Shown here in pieces: positions 58,201 to 64,000 of a stretch of 64,000 nt of DNA (position 1 is the stretch's first letter; each line of letters starts with the position of its first letter). Origin of the DNA: Halanaerobiales bacterium (lineage in GTDB: Bacteria > Bacillota > Halanaerobiia > Halanaerobiales > M55B127); contig JAGXLU010000003.1 of the NCBI GenBank assembly GCA_018334565.1, forward strand, positions 19,475-83,474, given 5' to 3'. The notes beneath the pieces are model-generated. The model was not told the origin of the DNA. It saw only the letters and a list, made by a program, of their open reading frames with translations, and searched no databases. Made by a program: the position numbers and the translations under genes.

Positions 58201-58683
58201 GAGTCTATGAAAACAAGAATGAAAAATTATCAAGAAGAAACCGGTAATTTATATAATCTGGAAGCTACTCCAGCCGAATCAACTTCATATAGATTGGCAA
58301 GATTAGATAAAGAAAAATATGGAGTTAATATTAAGGCGGCTAATGAAAAGAGAATTGCTGAAAATGGTGCAGAACCATATTATACCAATTCAACCCATTT
58401 ACCTGTAGGCTACACCGAAGATATTTTTGATGCACTAGAAATTCAGGATGAACTGCAAACCGAATACACAGGCGGGACAGTTTTCCATGGTTTTTTAGGA
58501 GAGAGGTTGAACGGAATAGAGAGCACTAAAAAACTTGTTAAAAGAATTTCCAGCAAATTTAAACTACCTTATTATACTATAACCCCAACCTTTAGTATAT
58601 GTCCTATACATGGCTATTTACCAGGCGAACATCGCTATTGTCCCAAATGTGAAGCAGAAGAGAGGGCGAGAGAAGTTGAATAA
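55240..58683 (+). CDS. nrdD: anaerobic ribonucleoside-triphosphate reductase large polypeptide: ATP-cone plus barrel plus zinc ribbon, with two inteins and no glycyl-radical motif
   Basis: N-terminal ATP-cone (VKKRDGT.V.F...KI..A). NrdD motifs GDFHIHDL, ..FSFPIPTYN.., ..YF|SNFVNSDM.PEDARSM|CCRLRLD, ..GGG.FG.....GS.GVVT.N.PR.. The ORF ends ..CPIHGYLPGEHRYCPKCEAEERAREVE*. Confidence 0.9.
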   Translation: MGLKYVKKRDGTTVKFNTDKIKNAVLKAASAVDLDDENIGEIITQEVISYLKIFFGEKGIPEVEQIQDLVEKVLIEKGYAEVAKAYILYREQHKKIRDTKKLFNDAIDAMNDYLDLEDWKVKENSNMGYSLQGLNNFISSEVTSQYWLQEVYPPEAGERHLDGDFHIHDLGNLSVYCCGWDLEDFLKTGFRGVSTKIESKPPKHLKTALGQMVNFFFTLQGEAAGAMAFSNFDTLLAPYIAYDDLEYKEVKQAMQEFLFNMNVPTRVGFQTPFTNITMDLTVPNHYKDSPVFIGGEMKDRTYDEFQKEMDLINKAFAEVMMSGDSKGRVFSFPIPTYNITPDFDWNKPLLNPVWEMTAKYGIPYFCLDEDTELITDKGIKQIKNLRINEDKVLGENGKFYSVNNYIKNTHSEYIEITTENEKIIRCSKNHRFPTQNGIKKAVNLSINDQLKEYNKKIIFKNGFELSYKNQSYFNLFNQKGKEINIKDVDKNSKDQFYCLQPNPKDKIDKDKQSLSEFEKDHGGHRNNNSFKDKKSKDCIYLFIKKIIENNNYVSISSLKRVEKEINTVDITVDNKSHLFLLANEILTHNSNFVNSDMDPEDARSMCLYPDETILIRYQNEIKKYTIGKLFDQFKGENIDDEWYQTNKKVEVISLNPDTGKLEWADVNKFLKVTGDKLITITTKDGKTMKISKDHLVAVYEKNGITTKKAMDIDEKDLLLVMRSDSEILNKDSDKEDTRVIKTQHDFKTGNMQKQVIKDKLYNMSPQFLVEEDSLNEKGNKPNQVNEYKTIGLSTIDKLELSNHKVDFLNRPDYDVVKLDEINVESLNHEQEFYDIELKENHYFVHSDNNISHNCCRLRLDNRELRKRGGGLFGANPMTGSIGVVTLNMPRIGYISKNKNDYLERVFQLMDLAKESLEIKRTILESLTEQGLYPYSRFYLRNIKKRFDEYWKNHFNTIGINGMNESLINFMGKNLSDKAAKDFAVEVMESMKTRMKNYQEETGNLYNLEATPAESTSYRLARLDKEKYGVNIKAANEKRIAENGAEPYYTNSTHLPVGYTEDIFDALEIQDELQTEYTGGTVFHGFLGERLNGIESTKKLVKRISSKFKLPYYTITPTFSICPIHGYLPGEHRYCPKCEAEERAREVE
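56335..57006 (+). mobile_element. intein 1 in NrdD (224 aa, mini-intein type)
   Basis: Begins CLDEDTELIT (block A). Contains RCSKNHRF (block B TxxH-like). Ends VDITVDNKSHLFLLANEILTHN, followed by a +1 Ser. Removal restores the contiguous NrdD motif ..IPYF-SNFVNSD.. Confidence 0.85.
57055..57798 (+). mobile_element. intein 2 in NrdD (248 aa, mini-intein type)
   Basis: Begins CLYPDETILI. Contains KISKDHLV (block B). Ends EFYDIELKENHYFVHSDNNISHN, followed by a +1 Cys. Removal restores ..ARSM-CCRLRLD.. Confidence 0.85.
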
Positions 58684-59389
58684 TAAAATAAAAATATCCG
58701 GTATTCAAAAGACCTCTTTGATTGATTATCCTGATTACATTTCTACTGTTCTTTTTACACAGGGGTGCAATATGAACTGTCCTTACTGTCATAACCCTGA
58801 ATTGATTGCAAAAGAAAACAACAATGAATATTTAAAACTACCATATTTTTGGGAATATTTAGAGAAACGAGCTGATCTCATTGATGGGGTTGTAATCACT
58901 GGAGGAGAGCCATTAATACACTCCTCATTATATGATTTTATAAAGAATATAAAAGAACATGATTTATTGGTGAAATTAGATACGAACGGGACTAATTATG
59001 AACTTTTAAAAAGAATTATTGGTGATGATTTGATTGATTATGTTGCAATGGATATTAAAGGACCAATAGAGGATTATGGGAACTTTTGTGGAATAAAGTT
59101 AAATAATGTAACTAAAGAAAGCATAAAAAAAAGCAGGGATTTGATATTAAATACAAATATTGATTATGAGCTGCGCACCACAATTGTTCCAGATATGCAT
59201 ACAAAAGATGTTTTAAGAAAAATAGCAGATCAAATAATGGGTTGCACAAATTACTATCTTCAGAACTTTCGCTCAGGTAAAGTAAATGATCCTGAGTATA
59301 CAGAAAAAAGAAGTTTTTCAGAAAGTGAGATTAAAACATTCATCAAAATATTTGAGGATTATAATATAGAAGCAAAGATTAGGGCTTAG
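58676..59389 (+). CDS. nrdG: anaerobic ribonucleoside-triphosphate reductase activating protein (radical SAM)
   Basis: ..ISGIQKTSLIDYPD....VLFTQGCNMNCPYCHNPEL.. The TTG 58676 start overlaps the nrdD stop. The track's longer ORF from 58610 lies inside nrdD. Confidence 0.85.
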   Translation: MNNKIKISGIQKTSLIDYPDYISTVLFTQGCNMNCPYCHNPELIAKENNNEYLKLPYFWEYLEKRADLIDGVVITGGEPLIHSSLYDFIKNIKEHDLLVKLDTNGTNYELLKRIIGDDLIDYVAMDIKGPIEDYGNFCGIKLNNVTKESIKKSRDLILNTNIDYELRTTIVPDMHTKDVLRKIADQIMGCTNYYLQNFRSGKVNDPEYTEKRSFSESEIKTFIKIFEDYNIEAKIRA

Positions 59390-59559
59390 AAAATAAGATA
59401 TGATATCCAGACAGAAGGACTATATAATTTAGTAAATATGATACTAAATACTTGTTTGATTTTTATTTTAAATGTTTCAAGAAAACTTCATCTAAATCTT
59501 GTTTTTGATTTAGGTGGATAGGTTCACAGAAGTTTATTATTACATGAGGAGGAAATAAA

Positions 59560-59700
59560 ATGGCAAAAAAACAGAAATGTGAAATTTATTCAAGAGTAGT
59601 TGGTTATCTTTCTCCCGTTTCAGAATGGAATGATGGAAAACAGGAAGAATTTAAAGACAGAAAAACATACAGCATTAACGATAAAATTAAGAGTAAATAA
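59560..59700 (+). CDS. free-standing NrdD glycyl-radical domain peptide (46 aa)
   Basis: SD GAGGAGG (59546-59552) with a 7-nt spacer to the ATG. Translation is MAKKQKCEIYSRVVGYLSPVSEWNDGKQEEFKDRKTYSINDKIKSK. It carries the RV.GYL....WN.GK.EE...R signature that forms the C-terminus of canonical NrdD. Confidence 0.75.
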   Translation: MAKKQKCEIYSRVVGYLSPVSEWNDGKQEEFKDRKTYSINDKIKSK

Positions 59701-59720
59701 AAAAATATAATTTAAAAGAA

Positions 59721-59750
59721 TAAAGGCTTCCTTATAAAGGGAGCCTTTAA
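59721..59750 (+). terminator. hairpin after the glycyl-radical ORF (weak-tail terminator candidate)
   Basis: AAAGGCTTCC-TTATAAA-GGGAGCCTTT: 10-bp stem with one G-U pair. The T tail is short (TTTAATAAT). Confidence 0.4.
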
Positions 59751-59792
59751 TAATGTTTGCGGGCATATATTAATTATTAAAATGATTAGGGG

Positions 59793-59808
59793 AGGACAAA
59801 TGTCCTAA
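59793..59808 (+). repeat. 16-bp element AGGACAAATGTCCTAA, copy 2
   Basis: Identical to 54985-55000 and in the same orientation. Confidence 0.8.
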
Positions 59809-59974
59809 TACTAATTTTTAAATTTTGAAAATCATACTGTGGACAACAAAACTGAATGGGCTAAAACTATGATTTGTATAAAAAAACTTTAAATGAGACC
59901 AAAATAGATCTAAATACCCTTAATAAGTCCGGTATCTATAAGTATGTATAGAGGTCGGTAATATATAGATATAA

Positions 59975-60008
59975 AAAATAGCTATTGGAAGCTTCCGATA
60001 GCTATTTT
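59975..60008. terminator. bidirectional rho-independent terminator between convergent nrd and GH38 genes
   Basis: AAAATAGCTATTGGAAG / CTTCCGATAGCTATTTT: roughly 15-17-bp stem with one G-U pair. An A-run lies on one side and a T-run on the other. Confidence 0.65.
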
Positions 60009-60144
60009 AATATTATACATGGAATGTAAAAAATAACTGAGCGTTAATAAAAAAATTTTCTTTATTAGTTTGTTAAAAATGAAGTACCAGGTATTAAGGC
60101 TTACTTTTATTTAATCTTAAAAGAAAGTATTTAGTAAATTTAAT

Positions 60145-63100
60145 TCAGATAATGATCCTGAAGCTTTTAATTTCAAAGGCAGCAATATTTATAGTTAGTT
60201 GGTCCTTATTTAAATTATGCTTCTTGATATTATTTTCTAATAGATCGGTTTCAAATATTTTATTAATCTTTCTTTTGAATTTTAAGATAAGTTTTGTCTT
60301 TTTAGAGGCAGATTCATGTAATCTAATAATATAGCCTTGGCCAATTTCTGCTTTTTTAAAGCTGTCTAAAAATATATTTTCATTGGGAATTTCTATGATG
60401 CTATTATATTTATTTGGCTTGCTTGTAACTATATTACAATCAGATGAGGTATAACAGATTGGTGGATTATTCAAAAGTAATGCTTGTTGTTCAATATTTT
60501 TTATTTTAATTTTTTTCGGGCTTAATAATAGAGAATAAGTGAAGTTGTGCTTACCAAGATCGGCTTGAGGGTCTGGAAAAATTCCACTTTTTAATAAAGT
60601 GATATCCATAATATTTTTTTCAATTCTATGTCCGTATTTACAATTATTTAACAAACTAACACTCATTATATTGTTATTTAAATTAATCCATTTGTGAGCA
60701 GGTACTTCTGATTTTGCTTTTTCCCAGGGTGTGTTTTTATAATTTTTTCTTTCTATATGTCCCATAGATAAATCAAAGAAAGCCTGACTATTTTTTATAT
60801 TAATAGGAAAGCTGGTTTTTAATAGTTTTTGTTTCTCATGCCAATCAATCTTTGTTTCAAAATCAATTCTTCTTTTTTGAGCATAAAGTTTTATAATTTG
60901 TTCTATATGTGAATTATAGAAATCTCTTTTAATATAAAGAGAATGAAAGCAAGGTCCTTTACTTTTTATTTTTATTGATTTTACAGAATCTATTATCTTT
61001 TTATTTTTTTCTGATATTGAGATATCCCAAGCATCAAAGTAAGTAGATTTATCATTATATAGATGTAATTGATTGGCCCGTTTATTATTTTTTATATATT
61101 CAATTTTTTTTATCTTATCGTATATTGATTTGATTTGACCTTTTTTGTCAAGTTCTATTTTTAAATACTTATTTTGCAAGTTGTATTTATTTGAGCTAAT
61201 TTGAGATTTGTACTTAAATGAATTTGATTTTGTTAGTTTGAACTTCTCAAAATCAAGTGGACTAATATCATTGGTTTGAAAGTAGATTTTATTTTTTTCC
61301 TTTTGTAAAGGTAAATTCTCATTATTTATCTGAACAGCATTAAAATCTTCAAAAAATATTTCTTTATTTATATTTTTTTTATTTATAGATAAAGTCATTT
61401 TTTTATTAAATGAAAAATGATTAAAAACTAAAATTTCATCATTATCAAGTTCAAAACGGTTTGCAAAGAATTGAAATAAATTATTTTTAATCTGATTTAA
61501 TTCTTTATGTAAACATTGATAGTCTTTTATTGCTTTTTTAACCACTTCTGCTATGCAGGAACCTGTTATAATATCATGAAATTGGTTTTTAAGCAGCAGT
61601 TTCCAGAGAGTTTCGAAATCATAATTTTTATGATGGCCTTCAATTTTAGCTAAGGAGAATAAGATTTCTATATTTCTCAATAAGAATTCTGATTTTCTGT
61701 TGTATTTTTTTAATTTAGCTTGGCTTGTATAGGTGCCTCTGTGTTTTTCGAGATATAACTCATCTTCCCATTTTGGCATGTCATTTTGACTAAAAATGTT
61801 CTTAAGATGAGTATATATATCACCTGTTTTTATATTCGGCAGTGCGGTAATTTTATCAATTGCGGGATAATTGTTTAATTGGAATTCGCTGTTACCTCCC
61901 CCTCCATCACCGTAACCATAAAGGGCTAATACTTCATCGACATGTGGTTGATTTCTATTAGCCCAAGCATTATATATTTTTTTAGGGTCGATATTTCCTC
62001 CATATGTATCAGTTAAAAGATAAGATTTAATTTCACTGCCATCAATGCCCTTCCACATAAAGATATTATAAGGAAATTTATTAGTATCATTCCATTGTAA
62101 TTTAGTTGTAATAAAATAATCTACATTTGACTTTCTCAGAATTTGGGGAAGTATTGCACTAAAGCCAAAACTATCAGGAAGCCATGCTATTTTGGTATCC
62201 AACTCAAGGTTATCTTTATAAAATTTTTTTCCATAAAAAATTTGTCTGATCAAAGATTCGCCACTGGGAATATTGAGATCTGCTTCAACCCAAAAAGAAC
62301 CTTCCAATATAAACTTACCCTCATCATATTTGTCTAGGGCGTTGTTATATAAAGTCGGATAGTATTTTTTTAAATAGTGGAATAATATTGCCTGATCTTG
62401 AATATAATAATAATTTTTATGTGTTTCCATCAAATTCAAGGTCGAGCTTATTGTTCTTTCGAGTTTTCTTAAAGTGTCTTCAATTGTCCATTTAAAAGCT
62501 ATATCAAGATGTGAATGTCCAAGTAAAAAAACAGTTCCTTGGTCATCAATGTCCATATTTTTTAATTTCTCAATAGTATAATTATATGAATTATTGATAG
62601 ACATAATAAAACTTTTTTTGTTGGTTGTATAATAATCTATTATATTTAGGCTATTTTCTAAAATATTTTTTAAACGAAATTTGGCTTTTTCATTGTCAGT
62701 AACTTCAATTGTTTCTTTTATATTTTTAAGGAGAAAAAAATATTTTTCAATCTTTTTATTTTTATTAAATAAAAAGGCCTTGCGAAACAGATGGGGAGGA
62801 TAGGGGCTGTCAAAAAGTCTCTGATGTCTTACAGCCAGGTGAACATCTGGAGCTGCAAGTAATTTAAAATGATAAAATTGATCTTGAACAGCAGGTAAAA
62901 GAATGTCTTTTTCATTAACACCTCTATAGATCTTATTGTTAATAAATAAGGTGTTTTCTCCATCAATATCAAGGTGTAAATACAAATGATCAGAATTGAG
63001 TTTGGCTGGCAATTTTGTTCTATTATGGAAGAAAAAAATCTTACCAGTATTATCCCAAAAACTTTGATTACCAGTAAGAAAAGTTTTTTCTTCACTTATA

Positions 63101-63228
63101 GATTTATATTTATTTGTATCTTCTTCCTTTTTTACTTCTTCTATGGTCCATTTTTTTAAATGGACAATATTTTGATACATTTTTTTTCTAATATCCCTGA
63201 TCTGTAGATCAATTCTATCTGGTAACAT
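60145..63228 (-). CDS. alpha-mannosidase, glycoside hydrolase family 38
   Basis: 1027 aa. ..LLGHSHLDIAFKWT.. metal-site motif, ..WLPDSFGFS.. and ..EKHRGTYTSQ.. motifs typical of GH38. Confidence 0.85.
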   Translation of the reverse strand: MLPDRIDLQIRDIRKKMYQNIVHLKKWTIEEVKKEEDTNKYKSISEEKTFLTGNQSFWDNTGKIFFFHNRTKLPAKLNSDHLYLHLDIDGENTLFINNKIYRGVNEKDILLPAVQDQFYHFKLLAAPDVHLAVRHQRLFDSPYPPHLFRKAFLFNKNKKIEKYFFLLKNIKETIEVTDNEKAKFRLKNILENSLNIIDYYTTNKKSFIMSINNSYNYTIEKLKNMDIDDQGTVFLLGHSHLDIAFKWTIEDTLRKLERTISSTLNLMETHKNYYYIQDQAILFHYLKKYYPTLYNNALDKYDEGKFILEGSFWVEADLNIPSGESLIRQIFYGKKFYKDNLELDTKIAWLPDSFGFSAILPQILRKSNVDYFITTKLQWNDTNKFPYNIFMWKGIDGSEIKSYLLTDTYGGNIDPKKIYNAWANRNQPHVDEVLALYGYGDGGGGNSEFQLNNYPAIDKITALPNIKTGDIYTHLKNIFSQNDMPKWEDELYLEKHRGTYTSQAKLKKYNRKSEFLLRNIEILFSLAKIEGHHKNYDFETLWKLLLKNQFHDIITGSCIAEVVKKAIKDYQCLHKELNQIKNNLFQFFANRFELDNDEILVFNHFSFNKKMTLSINKKNINKEIFFEDFNAVQINNENLPLQKEKNKIYFQTNDISPLDFEKFKLTKSNSFKYKSQISSNKYNLQNKYLKIELDKKGQIKSIYDKIKKIEYIKNNKRANQLHLYNDKSTYFDAWDISISEKNKKIIDSVKSIKIKSKGPCFHSLYIKRDFYNSHIEQIIKLYAQKRRIDFETKIDWHEKQKLLKTSFPINIKNSQAFFDLSMGHIERKNYKNTPWEKAKSEVPAHKWINLNNNIMSVSLLNNCKYGHRIEKNIMDITLLKSGIFPDPQADLGKHNFTYSLLLSPKKIKIKNIEQQALLLNNPPICYTSSDCNIVTSKPNKYNSIIEIPNENIFLDSFKKAEIGQGYIIRLHESASKKTKLILKFKRKINKIFETDLLENNIKKHNLNKDQLTINIAAFEIKSFRIII

Positions 63229-63245
63229 ATTGAAATACTCCTTTT

Positions 63246-64000
63246 TTAGCCTTTGACTGATCCTGCCAGAATTCCACGAATAAAGTACCTTTGGAGTGAA
63301 AAGAATATAATAAGGGGTACAATAATTGAAATAAATGCCCCGGCAGTCAGTACATGCCAGTTTTGTCCATATGAACCCACCATATTTGCCAGTCTAACAG
63401 TTACAGGAGCAACATCCTGTGTTCCTCCCAGGTAAATTAGTGCTACTAATAGATCATTCCAGGTCCATAAGAATTGAAATATGACCAGAGAAGCTAAAGC
63501 GGGGACTGAAAGAGGTAATGCCAAACGATAATAGACAGTCCACATCGAAGCACCATCGATATAGGCAGCTTCAAAAAGATCATCTGGGAGGTTAGAAAAG
63601 AAGTTGTATAACATAAATACAGCAAAAGGCATTCCATATCCTGTATGTGCGATCCATAAACCAAAAAATGTTCCTGAAATATTTAAGGTATTGAATATTC
63701 TTAAAATCGGAATAAAGGTCATCTGTAAAGGGATAACTAATAAACCAACAATAATTCCATAAATAACCATTCTTCCTTTAAATCTTAATTTCGCCAATCC
63801 AAAAGCCGCAAATGAAGCGATACCTACTGGAAGTATAGTACCCATTATGGCAATTATAAAGCTATTTCTAAATGCGATATCCATATTATTTACAGAGAAA
63901 ACTTTGTCATAATTATTAAGTGTAAACTGTGTAATTTTTAAAGGACTATTAAAAATTGTCCACCAGCCACTACTACTTACCTCAGAAGCAGGTCTTACAG
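63246..64000 (-). CDS. carbohydrate ABC transporter permease (MalG/BPD_transp_1 type); N-terminus runs off the window
   Basis: EAA-like ..AAYIDGAS.W.V....LPLS.PAL.. The reverse frame stays open from 63885 to the window edge (..FTLNNYDKVFSVNNMDIAFRNS..), so Met 63884 is internal. Confidence 0.8.
   Translation of the reverse strand, partial: VRPASEVSSSGWWTIFNSPLKITQFTLNNYDKVFSVNNMDIAFRNSFIIAIMGTILPVGIASFAAFGLAKLRFKGRMVIYGIIVGLLVIPLQMTFIPILRIFNTLNISGTFFGLWIAHTGYGMPFAVFMLYNFFSNLPDDLFEAAYIDGASMWTVYYRLALPLSVPALASLVIFQFLWTWNDLLVALIYLGGTQDVAPVTVRLANMVGSYGQNWHVLTAGAFISIIVPLIIFFSLQRYFIRGILAGSVKG

Noticed and set aside
1-64000. CRISPR arrays, IS elements or transposases, prophage genes, and rRNA genes.
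   Set aside because: I saw no regularly spaced direct repeats, no transposase-, integrase- or phage-like translations, and no rRNA-like sequence on reading the window and the ORF track.

Overview
This 64-kb window looks like a low-GC (about 30% by eye) chromosome segment of a strictly anaerobic Firmicute of the Clostridia or Halanaerobiales type. That taxonomic placement is inferred from gene content: an Rnf complex, a class III ribonucleotide reductase (RNR), an anaerobic sulfatase maturase, and a maf-radC-mreBCD-mrdA-minCDE-rodA cluster. All product calls come from recognising conserved motifs in the supplied translations. No database search was possible.

Positions 1-45.7 kb are densely packed core genes:
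- purM'-purN-purH
- a small sugar and transport patch: Gfo/Idh/MocA oxidoreductase, racemase-like protein, FecCD permease, GH65 phosphorylase, frameshifted EamA
- phoU-like plus pit, an MFS transporter, glgC, pdxK, tkt, cca, folC
- rnfCDGEAB
- the cell-shape and division cluster
- a radical-SAM pair plus RNase G
- rplU-rpmA-obg, trmO-like, yhbY, and an ABC-F ATPase

tRNA-Arg(CCG) at 45.7 kb is followed by an 850-bp AT-rich gap and a more accessory-looking stretch. That stretch holds a YtqB-like methyltransferase, an SbcF/SbcE-like (YhaO/YhaN) nuclease and ATPase pair, a SHOCT protein, a sulfatase with its maturase (anSME), mntP, an unusual nrd locus, then a convergent GH38 mannosidase and a sugar ABC permease.

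The most interesting region is the nrd locus (55.2-59.8 kb):
- nrdD carries two mini-inteins only 16 residues apart.
- The nrdD ORF stops right after the zinc ribbon and has no glycyl-radical motif.
- That motif (SRVVGYL..WNDGKQEEF) is encoded by a separate 46-codon ORF with a perfect Shine-Dalgarno (SD) sequence, downstream of nrdG.
- The whole module is bracketed by two identical 16-bp palindrome-containing direct repeats.
- A terminator-like hairpin sits immediately before the nrdD ribosome-binding site (RBS).

Secondary observations:
- Two genes (minE and the oxidoreductase) have conserved N-termini that can only be translated from AUH-type (ATC or ATA) start codons.
- The EamA gene is broken in a T7 homopolymer run.
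- The Asp/Glu-racemase homologue has both catalytic Cys positions replaced by Ser.
- The Rad50-like ATPase has a membrane hairpin at the apex of its coiled coil.

No CRISPR array, IS element, integrase or rRNA was seen.
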